DNA of 64,000 bases from the NCBI GenBank assembly GCA_964535005.1, contig CAZHSG010000005.1:5647-69646 (forward strand), read 5' to 3'. Position 1 is the stretch's first letter. Every line of letters starts with the position of its first letter. The notes below the pieces were generated by a model that did not search any database, was not told where the DNA came from, and saw only the letters and a list, made by a program, of their open reading frames with translations. The position numbers and the translations under genes are program-made. This stretch comes from an uncultured Candidatus Izemoplasmatales bacterium. GTDB lineage: Bacteria > Bacillota_I > Bacilli_A > Izemoplasmatales > Hujiaoplasmataceae. Positions 22,201 through 32,101 of the stretch are shown here, one piece after another.

Positions 22201-25200
22201 TTATTCAACTGTATAAGGTGTCCAAGTTAAATTATCTAAAACCATTTGGCTACCAGCAGCCAAAATTAATATTGTAAATTCGCCTTCAATATCAATATTT
22301 TCAACAAGAAATGTACCGTATACACTACCATCTCCATCATCATCAAAAGCGACTGATGTAGCAACTAATGTACCATTGATCCATAGTTCTATTTGTGCAG
22401 CACCGCTATATGCATCATAATAATCTACAATAAAGCTTGAAATACCACCTGTAATTGTAGCAGATAATGATGAACCATCGCCCTTCTTATCTAGCATAAT
22501 TGCTTTTCCATCTAATTCAAAATCTCCTCTGGATTCTGTATAAGACCATGTAATACTGTTGTCACCAACAAATGATCCAGCATCATAAGAAGAACCAGTT
22601 AAATCAAAATCGGTAAACGATTCTACCATTTCATCACCAGGTTCAACAAACATACCAACCGTTACTGCTATAACAACATCAACAGGAGTTAATGTTCCTT
22701 GAGTAACTGTTATTGTAACCGTTCCAACAGCGTCCGCAAGTATAGGTTGAGTAATTAACAAAGTGCCAAGTGTAGTTGTGTAATCTATTAATGCAGTTAA
22801 TTCTGCACTGATTGCAGTAACTTCATAAGTTGAACCGTATTCTGCAGTTGGAAGAACATAATCTGCAGTAACAGTCAAAGGATTAGGCACATTAGCTTCA
22901 TCAAGATCTAAAGCTTGTTGTTCAGTCATTACAATGCTTAATTGTTCTATTTGTGTAAGATCCTCTCTAAAGTTAAAAAACATAAATGAAACTTCAGGAA
23001 GTACAGATCCTACTGGATATACATCTGATAACCACTCAGGAGAATAGTAACGATAAGAAATTACTTCTGTTGTTGTTCCAATAACATTAAATGTCATGAA
23101 ACCACCATCATATTCAGCAACTACTAATCCAGTTATTCTAACTAATTTACCTGCATCTGCGACAGTAACAGCAATTAATTCATCAGCGGTCATGTCATTA
23201 TAGAATAATGCGTTTCCTGTAGAAACAATTTGAACTAAAGCTGAACCTGAACCTAATTGTCTAGCTTCATACTTAGAATCTAATTCACCAAAATAAACAA
23301 CTTCATCACCAATATTAACGCCAGTTCTGTCAGGAAAGTACAAAAAGAATCCAACGCCATTTGAGTCTTGAAGGAATAAACCATAGTATGAGTTAGCTGT
23401 AACAATACCAGTAACTAATGTAGGTGTTCCATCAGGAATATCATATGCATCAACTGTCATTGCACTTAATGTTGTGAAATCTGAAACTTCAGCATAAATG
23501 TCAGCTGCTTCACCATCAAATACAAATGTGTCTCCATCATTATGATAAATAATGTTGATTGCTACCATTTGTCCAACCGCTGCTTCTAAAGCCGTAATTG
23601 AATCATCTGGTGAATTATAATATATTAGAAATGCATCTGTATCATTATAATAAACATATGCGTTTAAGTACTTGCCTTCAAGCGCGATTGTACCAATTAC
23701 TGTATAAGTTTGTCCAGGTACTAATACTGTACCGTCTTCGAAAATAATTGGTGTTTGTGTAGTATCATTGCCAATTGAATCTGGAGCAGGGAATTCTGAA
23801 ACATCTGCTAATTGATATGCTTCCCTATCCACAGCAACATTACCAGTTAATGTAACTTCATCACCAACAACGTAATCAGCATCGTATGTCTTTACAAACA
23901 ATAATCCTGTTCCATCATCAATAAAGAATCCATCATCTATCACTGAATATACAACACCGGTAACAACTACGGTATCACCAATAGTTTGTGATGTGAAATC
24001 AACTAAGTCTACCATTGGATAATTCTTAAGTGTATAAGTAATCACTACAGCATCTGTAGCTAAGTCATAAGTAATTGTAGCTGTAATTATAACTGTATCT
24101 TCAGTAGTACCAATAGTTAATGTTAATGTATCACCAACTAGAGTTCCAAGTACACTTACATCTGTTGTAATTGCCCAAGTAATTGTTGACCCGTAATCTC
24201 CCATATCTGGAAGAATTACGTCTGTTGCTTCAAATAAATCTCCACCTAGCATTAATGCTTCTAAATCAGCTTTGTCAGCAGCAACTCTTTCAACAGCAGT
24301 CATACCAACTAAGTTGAATGTAACTATTGTTGTATCAGTAACTGCGTTTAAAGTTAATGTTGCAGTTAATACAACATTTACATCAGCATAAACACTACCA
24401 AGTGTTAATACATTACCATCTAATACTGCGTTTGAACCTTCATCAGTTGTTAATGCCCAAGTTATTGTTGCTCCATAAGCACCCATTGTAGGTAACGTTA
24501 TTTCAGTTTCGGCAAATATTTCTCCGCCTAAATCTAACATCGCTTTGTTCATACCGACGATTTGTTCATCAGTAAGAACGCTCACCCCTATTGTATGTGT
24601 ACCTAAATCATCAAGATAATCTATTGCATAAACATCCCATTCGTCCATTGTAAAGACTGCATTAGGTCCTAAAATTGTAGATTTTCTAATCCATGTTACA
24701 CTTTCTGCGATTTTATCGTCAGCTGTATGTCCAATTTCTAAAATAATGTCAATAATAACACCGTCTTTCATTAAGACAATTGCGTCATCACCATTGAAAT
24801 TTGGTACACTTGGATAAGCAGAAGTCGCATAATCTGCTTCTGCTAAAATAGCAGCCTCAGACTTATCATTTGCCATTACAAACATTTCACCTGCAACTAA
24901 TATTCCAGTTAAATCATATGTAGCTGAAGGAACGAGTGATCCATTAGAATATAGGATAACACTATAATCTGTTAAATCAACATCTGAGCTTGTACCATTA
25001 TATATTTCAAAATATTTGTTATATGATGAACCTTCTCCATATTCACTAAAGAATAATTCAGAAACGATTGCAAGAGGACTGTTTTCAATAACAACATCAA
25101 ATGTAACTTCATCAGTTTCAACACCAAGTGTTAATGTAACTGTAATTGAACCAGTAACATCTACACCCAAAGGATTAGTTACTAATAACCACCCAGGAGT

Positions 25201-27825
25201 TGTTGTTGCATCAAGATAATTTGCTGCATATCCATTAACGCTAACTATTGTATATACCGTACCGAATTCTCCAGCAGGTATTTCTAAATCTTCTGTTAAT
25301 TCTAAAGTTTCAGGCATTCCAGCTTTGTCAAATGCTAATTTTTGTGCATCTGTTAAACCGTTTACGCCAACTTCGAATTGAGAAGCATCAGAAATCAATA
25401 ATTGATATCCCCAATACCAGCCTAAGATTGCGCCAGTAATAACAACTTCATCACCAGGAACAAGTGTTAATAATTCAACTACTGCTGCGTCATATCCTAA
25501 TGAACGGTTATCAATACGTACTAAGATTTCTTCTTCAGTAGTAACATTAACTAATGTAAATTGATAAGTTCCATATTTATCAGCTTCAGGTGCTCCTAAT
25601 AAAACAAAACCAGTGAATCCTACCATTTGACCTTGATAAGGCATTAATACTTCGTCAGTAAACGCCATGCCATCTAGATCAGTAGGTGTAGGTATTGCAG
25701 GAACTGTTGCTAATACTTCTATTTCCATTACTTCTATTTGATATAACCCATTACTAATTTCTAATTTACCAGTAATTACTATTTCTGAACCAAGTGTGAT
25801 TAAGCCAAATTCATCTTGTAAATCATATACGTCTAGTGATATACCAGCTGTAACATCTTGTAAGAAATATTGATAAGGTTTAATATCTGTAGTAAGAATA
25901 CCTTGTACCTTAACTAATTGACCATCTTCGAAATCGTAAACATCCGTTAGATCACTCATTGCAAGCGGACCAACTGCGATTACAAAATCTTTTGTTTCAG
26001 TCACATCATTTAAAGTTAAAGTCGCCGTCAATGTGACGGTTGTTAGTACGGTTACTCCAGTTAAATCCACAACACCAGTTGTAGAACTAATAATTGCTTC
26101 ATTATCAGATGCAAATGTAATTGTTGCACCATATAATTCTGCAATTAAAACAAATGTAGTATCTTCAATAATTTGAGATGGATATGATAGTGCCTCCGCT
26201 GCAGTTGCTACTGCATCAGCGTCTGAATCAAATGATAATTTAACATCATCATTATCTCCAAAGAAACATGCATACCATACTAATTTATCTGATCTCCATC
26301 CTTGCATAATAATATCAATTGTAATTGCTTTACCATGGAAAGATTTTAGTGTATCCATATCTGATGGATAATAAATCATGATTGAATCGCCAGCAGGTTG
26401 TGTAGCTCCTTCTTCTAAATCAGCGTCAAAATCATAATCTGTTGGTACTAAGAATACAGAATAGCTACCCCAATCAGAATTATAATATACACTAGCTGTA
26501 ACTGTGTATTTTTGATAATCAAATGGCTCTTCATACGTAGGAGTAGTTGTAGCTGTAATGATATCAAAAATTGAATCAGCTGGTGTTCCAGCAACATTTG
26601 AAACAGCTTCTGTAGAAACAGCTGCTCTTAATGGATATGATTCGTCTCCAACCATTTCCCAAGCATTATAATAAAGTTCAATTTGTCCTGTAACGTCATA
26701 AACGCTACCAGTATCAACTATAAATGTTGGTGCGTAAACATAAACAATGTCTATACCATCAGTTACATAAATACCTGCGTCAGATTGATCAACTACAGTT
26801 ACACCTAATAAATTAACATAAACAAAGAAATTAAAGTCTTCATCAACGTTACCGGTTTTGTATAAAGCATAAGCTTCGGCAATCGTGTTAACAGGTGTTC
26901 CTTCGATCATTTTAGCTACTGTAAAGACAACATCTTCAGTATAATCAACAGCATTAATCGTAATTGTAGCTGTCATTGTAACTATTACATCTGCGCCTTC
27001 TGGTTGAACAACTGTTCCATCAATTGCAATAACTTCAGGATGACTTGATGTCCATACGATAGTGTAATCAACATCGTCTACATCTGTTCCAGTTATCGCG
27101 AAATCTAAAACATCAACTGATGTCCAAAATTCTTTCGTTGGGAATGCTGTAATAACAATAAATACTTCCCCAGCGCGTTCTGCATCTGATTTATCTAATG
27201 CTTTAACTGTAACAAAGAAATTATAACTTGAAGAATCATCAATTGAAGTAAGCGTTGCAGTTAAAATAACTGTTTGATCTCCAGTTGTAAAATCTGGACG
27301 ATGAATTGTTCCATCGTTTTCCAATAATGTAGTATCATTACTGCTCCAAGTAATTGTTACACCAGCAGCAACTGTTATTAACGATAAATCTTCAGTAGCC
27401 AAGAACGCTTCATTTTCTAGCGTGTCAGCATATCGAACCTTTAATTGACCTATTAAAACTTGTAGATCAACAACAGGTACTTCAGTCGTTGTAACTTCTT
27501 CTGTCGTAGTAACTTCTTCTGTCGTAGTAACTGCTTCTGTTGTTGTTGCTTCAGCGGTTGTTACTGCTTCAGTTGTTGTTACTGCTTCAGTCGTTGTAAC
27601 TGCTTCAGTCGTTGTAACTGCTTCAGTCGTAGTAACTGCTTCAATTGTTGTAACTGCTTCAATTGTTGTAACTGCTTCAGTCGTTGTAACTTCTTCAATC
27701 GTTGTAACTTCTTCAGTCGTTGTCGTTGTAGCGGCAGTGGTTACACCAAATAAATCACAACCAACAAAACCAAAAACTAAAACCATGATTAAAGCAACTA
27801 ATAGTGCTTTTTTGTTGAATTTCAT
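22201..27825 (-). CDS. Giant (1874 aa) acidic surface lipoprotein: Thr stalk, several Ig-like domains, tandem OB-fold pairs, lamin-tail domain, C-terminal beta-sandwich; no catalytic motif recognised
   Basis: Lipobox FVGC; ITWSS...V.LTAT.T Ig repeats; V.V.G.V...GFF[IL].D.TG...GDEV..TG OB motifs; LFFSEYGEGSSYNKYFEIYNGT...VDL..Y LTD motif. Confidence 0.85.
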   Translation of the reverse strand: MKFNKKALLVALIMVLVFGFVGCDLFGVTTAATTTTTEEVTTIEEVTTTEAVTTIEAVTTIEAVTTTEAVTTTEAVTTTEAVTTTEAVTTAEATTTEAVTTTEEVTTTEEVTTTEVPVVDLQVLIGQLKVRYADTLENEAFLATEDLSLITVAAGVTITWSSNDTTLLENDGTIHRPDFTTGDQTVILTATLTSIDDSSSYNFFVTVKALDKSDAERAGEVFIVITAFPTKEFWTSVDVLDFAITGTDVDDVDYTIVWTSSHPEVIAIDGTVVQPEGADVIVTMTATITINAVDYTEDVVFTVAKMIEGTPVNTIAEAYALYKTGNVDEDFNFFVYVNLLGVTVVDQSDAGIYVTDGIDIVYVYAPTFIVDTGSVYDVTGQIELYYNAWEMVGDESYPLRAAVSTEAVSNVAGTPADSIFDIITATTTPTYEEPFDYQKYTVTASVYYNSDWGSYSVFLVPTDYDFDADLEEGATQPAGDSIMIYYPSDMDTLKSFHGKAITIDIIMQGWRSDKLVWYACFFGDNDDVKLSFDSDADAVATAAEALSYPSQIIEDTTFVLIAELYGATITFASDNEAIISSTTGVVDLTGVTVLTTVTLTATLTLNDVTETKDFVIAVGPLAMSDLTDVYDFEDGQLVKVQGILTTDIKPYQYFLQDVTAGISLDVYDLQDEFGLITLGSEIVITGKLEISNGLYQIEVMEIEVLATVPAIPTPTDLDGMAFTDEVLMPYQGQMVGFTGFVLLGAPEADKYGTYQFTLVNVTTEEEILVRIDNRSLGYDAAVVELLTLVPGDEVVITGAILGWYWGYQLLISDASQFEVGVNGLTDAQKLAFDKAGMPETLELTEDLEIPAGEFGTVYTIVSVNGYAANYLDATTTPGWLLVTNPLGVDVTGSITVTLTLGVETDEVTFDVVIENSPLAIVSELFFSEYGEGSSYNKYFEIYNGTSSDVDLTDYSVILYSNGSLVPSATYDLTGILVAGEMFVMANDKSEAAILAEADYATSAYPSVPNFNGDDAIVLMKDGVIIDIILEIGHTADDKIAESVTWIRKSTILGPNAVFTMDEWDVYAIDYLDDLGTHTIGVSVLTDEQIVGMNKAMLDLGGEIFAETEITLPTMGAYGATITWALTTDEGSNAVLDGNVLTLGSVYADVNVVLTATLTLNAVTDTTIVTFNLVGMTAVERVAADKADLEALMLGGDLFEATDVILPDMGDYGSTITWAITTDVSVLGTLVGDTLTLTIGTTEDTVIITATITYDLATDAVVITYTLKNYPMVDLVDFTSQTIGDTVVVTGVVYSVIDDGFFIDDGTGLLFVKTYDADYVVGDEVTLTGNVAVDREAYQLADVSEFPAPDSIGNDTTQTPIIFEDGTVLVPGQTYTVIGTIALEGKYLNAYVYYNDTDAFLIYYNSPDDSITALEAAVGQMVAINIIYHNDGDTFVFDGEAADIYAEVSDFTTLSAMTVDAYDIPDGTPTLVTGIVTANSYYGLFLQDSNGVGFFLYFPDRTGVNIGDEVVYFGELDSKYEARQLGSGSALVQIVSTGNALFYNDMTADELIAVTVADAGKLVRITGLVVAEYDGGFMTFNVIGTTTEVISYRYYSPEWLSDVYPVGSVLPEVSFMFFNFREDLTQIEQLSIVMTEQQALDLDEANVPNPLTVTADYVLPTAEYGSTYEVTAISAELTALIDYTTTLGTLLITQPILADAVGTVTITVTQGTLTPVDVVIAVTVGMFVEPGDEMVESFTDFDLTGSSYDAGSFVGDNSITWSYTESRGDFELDGKAIMLDKKGDGSSLSATITGGISSFIVDYYDAYSGAAQIELWINGTLVATSVAFDDDGDGSVYGTFLVENIDIEGEFTILILAAGSQMVLDNLTWTPYTVE
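27481..27730 (-). repeat. Coding 18-bp tandem repeat (E-[AE]-V-T-T-[TI]), about 13 units
   Basis: Repeated ttcagtcgttgtaactgc-type units on the plus strand. Confidence 0.9.
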
Positions 27826-27888
27826 TTTATCCTCCTTATTAGAATAATTGTTTCTATATATTTTAAATTAATGATCTTAATTTAATTT

Positions 27889-29964
27889 TTAACTTAAAAC
27901 TCTTTCTGCATTTGATTTTGCTGCAGCTATTGCATTATCTATAATTTCTTGTTTAGTTGTTCCTTCAAGAGAACCTAAGATTACTCTTTCAAAAGCAGCT
28001 TCTACTTCCGCTCTAGCTGTAGATGAACCAATAAATGCTTGATCATAGAATAAGAAATCTGATTGTTTAGCAGCTGCATTAGCTGCTAAAGATTTCATTA
28101 ATGCTTCACCCTTTAAATCTGCTCCCAATGAATCTTTACCATCTCTAAATAATAGATAAGTAGGATCATCATAAACAGAATATCTTACTGGAGAGTATCC
28201 AGTTGCTAAGGCAAAGTCTAATTGAACTTGATTACTTGTTATATATTTCAAAAATAACCAAGATGCTAATTTTTCTTGATCTGTTCCGGCTGTAGTAATT
28301 GACATATTTGTTCCTTGTTGTATAGCCGTTCTTTCTCCAGGCAAATCTGCGTTATAAGGCATTGGTGCAACACCAAATTCAAATATAAATTCACCACCAA
28401 CTGTTGCTGGTGTGTTGTATCTTGCTCCACCAGTAGAACCGAATGTTACTGCTGTTTGTCCGGTTTTAAAGGCATCTGAAGCATAATCCATACCCCATGC
28501 GCCAGGTAAAGTGAAAGCTGAATCTCTATTGTCAAAGAAATAACTTAACATATCTTTAACTTCAGGATTGTCAAATAATATAACCCCTTCTCTTGATGCG
28601 TTGATAGTTGTATATTCTCCACCCCATTGTCTAGTTAAAGTAATGAATGCATTTGCACCTGAATCATATGTTATAGGTACAAAGTTGTCTTTGATTGTTT
28701 GAATTTCTTCAGGTGTTTTGTGTAGTGACAGTGTAGTAGATGCATTTAATTTAGTTGTTAAGTCATCAATAACACCGTCTGCAATTGCTTTTAAATCATC
28801 TGCGATTGCAAATAATCCTTGCCAAGTTGTTGGTACTTCATCAATAACGCCATCAGCGATTAATATATCCATCATAGTTTTGTTATAAATCATAACTTCT
28901 GTTGATTTATTAAATGGTACTGAATAATATTCACCATCATTTGTATATTGAGAATTTTCTTGACGATAACTTAATAATATATCCAAGAATGATTCTGATG
29001 CAACATCAGGATTATACCCATGAATAGAGTTACTAATATAAGGTGTCAAAGAAATAACAGCTTGATTATCAATATATTCCATAACGTGGTCAGGATAATT
29101 TTGAACGATATTAGGAATTTGTCCACCTCTAATAGCATTAATTACATTTTGACGTAACTCATCATAATTATTACCACTTTTGGTAATATTTATAGTTACA
29201 TTTGAATGTAAAGCTTCAAATTCAGCCGCATATCTCAACAATGCTGTTTCAATAGTAGCACCATTTGCATGCCACATTTCAATCGTTATTGGATCTCCAG
29301 TTAAACTATCCGGAATTGTATAAGTCGATAAGTCTTTAACTGTTAAAACAATCTCTTGATTGATAAAATTCCCATCACTATCTTCAGCAGCCGCATAAAC
29401 AGTATACGATCCCAATCTAGTAGTTGTATACCCCCCATAAAGCGTAATTGTTAACTCTCCATCTTCGGGGTCAATAGCTTTTACTCCCGCTAATAAATCA
29501 AGCGGTTGTGAATTTCTATAATAAGTTTGTCTTGCGAATAAACCTTCAAAATAAGGTATACCATCTGCTCCAGGATTTTCTGTAGTAACTTCATCCGTTT
29601 TTACAGTAGTTGTACTTTCTGTGGTAGTTGTACTTCCTGTAGTAGTTGTACCTCCTGTAGTAGTTGTACCTCCTGTAGTAGTTGCTTCTGTTGTAGTAGT
29701 CTCAGTAGTAACAGTTGTTTCTCCAGTAGTTGTATCTCCAGTAGTTGTAACTGTAGTAGTAACAATAGTAGTAACTGTTGTTTCTCCAGCAGTTGTAACT
29801 GATGTTTCTTGAGTCGTTACTGTTGTCTCATCTTGAGTAGTTGTGTCTCCATTCGTTGTTTGACTAGCTGTCGTTGGGACTGTACCGAAAATATCACAAC
29901 TTACAACTAAAAACGCAGAAAAAATTAGCATTAATACAATTAAAAATCTTTTACTAAATCTCAT
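27889..29964 (-). CDS. ABC transporter substrate-binding lipoprotein (UgpB/MalE-like) with Thr stalk and Ig-like domain
   Basis: Lipobox VVSC; GVKAIDPEDG...YAAAEDSDGN Ig domain; I.MWH, YPDHV, PFNKSTEVMIYNK, GSTGGA, QQGT, ASWLFLKY, TGYSPVR. Confidence 0.9.
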   Translation of the reverse strand: MRFSKRFLIVLMLIFSAFLVVSCDIFGTVPTTASQTTNGDTTTQDETTVTTQETSVTTAGETTVTTIVTTTVTTTGDTTTGETTVTTETTTTEATTTGGTTTTGGTTTTGSTTTTESTTTVKTDEVTTENPGADGIPYFEGLFARQTYYRNSQPLDLLAGVKAIDPEDGELTITLYGGYTTTRLGSYTVYAAAEDSDGNFINQEIVLTVKDLSTYTIPDSLTGDPITIEMWHANGATIETALLRYAAEFEALHSNVTINITKSGNNYDELRQNVINAIRGGQIPNIVQNYPDHVMEYIDNQAVISLTPYISNSIHGYNPDVASESFLDILLSYRQENSQYTNDGEYYSVPFNKSTEVMIYNKTMMDILIADGVIDEVPTTWQGLFAIADDLKAIADGVIDDLTTKLNASTTLSLHKTPEEIQTIKDNFVPITYDSGANAFITLTRQWGGEYTTINASREGVILFDNPEVKDMLSYFFDNRDSAFTLPGAWGMDYASDAFKTGQTAVTFGSTGGARYNTPATVGGEFIFEFGVAPMPYNADLPGERTAIQQGTNMSITTAGTDQEKLASWLFLKYITSNQVQLDFALATGYSPVRYSVYDDPTYLLFRDGKDSLGADLKGEALMKSLAANAAAKQSDFLFYDQAFIGSSTARAEVEAAFERVILGSLEGTTKQEIIDNAIAAAKSNAERVLS
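29590..29845 (-). repeat. Coding Thr/Gly-rich stalk repeats (GGTTT, GETT units)
   Basis: cctgtagtagttgtacct-type repeats. Confidence 0.85.
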
Positions 29965-30060
29965 AGTATTCTCCTTTATAGTTATATATTTATATTATAT
30001 TTATCTTATACCTATATTATAGTACGTTTTTGTGTTTCTGAAACGATTTTTTGTAAATTC

Positions 30061-30615
30061 TTACTCTTCTGGTGCGGCAACAATAATTATGATCCCAGTT
30101 ACTTCTGTTGAAGCTCCCTCATCATCTGAAACTGTCATAACAAAATTAATTTCAGAGCCAACGCTTGAAAATAATTCAACTACCATGATTTTGCCTGCAT
30201 CATATAATTTGTTACCATCTTCATCAGTTTTTGTTAATCCATAAAATTCTATATCAATATCATCAACAACGCCATCAAAATTAGCGTCATCTCCATCTAT
30301 CCAAATTGCGTAGAAAGATGTAATAACCATTTGATCAGAAATATCTGTATAAGGTCTATCTTTTCCAATAATCCATTTTGATTGATCGTAATCAATCGCA
30401 AGAATATTTTGATTGTTAATTAAATTTTGTATCATATCGTCAGGGTGAAAATCATCTCCGCGAACATATTCGTAAGTTACTTGGTTGATATCGGTGATTT
30501 CTCCATCAACAAGTTGTACGATTTCAGGAGTTTGATTTTCAATACTAGGACAGCCCATAAGACTCAATGATAAGAAAAATATTGTTAATAACACTATTAT
30601 TTTTTTTGATTTCAT
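30061..30615 (-). CDS. Small lipoprotein, Ig/cadherin-like with a Ca-binding loop
   Basis: Lipobox LMGC; NQTPEI...AIDYD...TVSDDEGAS; DANFDGVVDDID loop. Confidence 0.75.
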   Translation of the reverse strand: MKSKKIIVLLTIFFLSLSLMGCPSIENQTPEIVQLVDGEITDINQVTYEYVRGDDFHPDDMIQNLINNQNILAIDYDQSKWIIGKDRPYTDISDQMVITSFYAIWIDGDDANFDGVVDDIDIEFYGLTKTDEDGNKLYDAGKIMVVELFSSVGSEINFVMTVSDDEGASTEVTGIIIIVAAPEE

Positions 30616-30629
30616 TTTATCTCCTCCGT

Positions 30630-32087
30630 CTATCCTTTGGTTCCACTTCTACCGATACCGTTCATAATATATTTACGGAACATGAAGAAGACGACCAATA
30701 ATGGTACTGTAACTAAAGCACTCGCTGCAATTTGTAAATTGTACATCACTCGTCCATTATCTTGAACAAACGCTGTATCTCTTAGGGCATTAGAAATCAA
30801 CCAGAAATTCTGACCTTCTTGACCTCCAACACCAGTAATAATTCTTGGCCAAATATAAGCGTTCCAAGAACTAAATACGTTTAGAATTGTAATAGTGAAA
30901 ATTGTAGGGCTCGCAATTGGAACCATAACTCTAGTTAAGAATTTAAAATCACTACAACCATCTACTCTAGCTGCTTTATATAATGATTCTGGAATTTGTT
31001 TAAAGTTTTGTCTTAAGAAGAAAATATAAGAAATACTTGTAACAAATGGAATAATCATTGCTAGGAAGTAACTATTTTCCCCAGTAGGCATACCTACCCA
31101 ACCAAATCCATTCTTACTTACTGTAATGAAGTTGGTAATAATGTATAACTCCCCAGGAATCATCATTGTCATAATTAAAAGTGAAAATAATAACTCTCTA
31201 CCTTTAAATTCGATTCTTGCGAAAGCATACGCTGCTAAAATAGTAGTAATAACCGTACCAGTAGTTGAGAATAACGCAACTATTACGGTGTTCTTAATAT
31301 ATAAACCGAAGTTTAATTCAGTTAATACAACTTTGTAGTTTACCCAATTCATCCTAGAAATGCTTAGGAATAAATCTGGATTTGTTGATGTAGATCCGGA
31401 AAAATCTTTCAATGAAGTTAGAATCATCCAATAAAATGGAACAATAATAACTAAAGCTACTATTACTAAAAATAGATAAGTTAATAATAACCTTAAAACA
31501 TAAGCTGCGTTTTGACGTCTTATACTTGTTTTAATTGAAATTGAATATTCATCCAAATCACTTTCATCTTGTGTCACTTTTTTCTTTGTTAATTTTTTAA
31601 ATTTTACTTTGATTGCTGGAATAATACTTTTGAAAAATTCTTTTGCATTATATCCTTTAACAAATTTAATTAACACAAAAGCGTTATAAACACGTAATCC
31701 TGCACTTATTGGATTAAATGATACTAAATTAATAACAGCTTGAACAAATTTAGAGCTTGGTGTATATGAATCAATCTCATAAATTGTACGATTATTTACT
31801 TTCTTAATATTTATAAGAAGTGTTGGAAATGCTATTACTGTAAATAAAACCAACAATGTAATTACGCTATTCATTTGGTATTTATCAAATGTACTACTTA
31901 AGAAAGTGTACGTTGGTGTCATAAATTGTAGGTTATCCAAATTCATACTACCATCAATTATTTCAGGTAGTGCTAGCAACTTAAATAGTGCTAAGAATAG
32001 TGTGATATAGGCGGCAATAGCTAAAATGTCAAAAATAAAGGTAATTTTTTCTATCTTATTTGACTTAAGAAATAATTTTTTATTCAT
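30630..32087 (-). CDS. Carbohydrate-type ABC permease (UgpE/MalG-like) with a long N-terminal extension
   Basis: PFYWMILTSLK, AAYAFARIEFKGR, EAA-like LYKAARVDG, WNAYIWP. Confidence 0.92.
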   Translation of the reverse strand: MNKKLFLKSNKIEKITFIFDILAIAAYITLFLALFKLLALPEIIDGSMNLDNLQFMTPTYTFLSSTFDKYQMNSVITLLVLFTVIAFPTLLINIKKVNNRTIYEIDSYTPSSKFVQAVINLVSFNPISAGLRVYNAFVLIKFVKGYNAKEFFKSIIPAIKVKFKKLTKKKVTQDESDLDEYSISIKTSIRRQNAAYVLRLLLTYLFLVIVALVIIVPFYWMILTSLKDFSGSTSTNPDLFLSISRMNWVNYKVVLTELNFGLYIKNTVIVALFSTTGTVITTILAAYAFARIEFKGRELLFSLLIMTMMIPGELYIITNFITVSKNGFGWVGMPTGENSYFLAMIIPFVTSISYIFFLRQNFKQIPESLYKAARVDGCSDFKFLTRVMVPIASPTIFTITILNVFSSWNAYIWPRIITGVGGQEGQNFWLISNALRDTAFVQDNGRVMYNLQIAASALVTVPLLVVFFMFRKYIMNGIGRSGTKG

Positions 32088-32101
32088 AATTTAGCCCCCC
32101 C

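Noticed and set aside
27481-27730. Regular repeat arrays (also 19450-19745, 29590-29845, 36685-36852) as CRISPR
   Set aside because: Units are multiples of 3, directly adjacent without unique spacers, lie in frame within lipoprotein genes, and no cas genes are present
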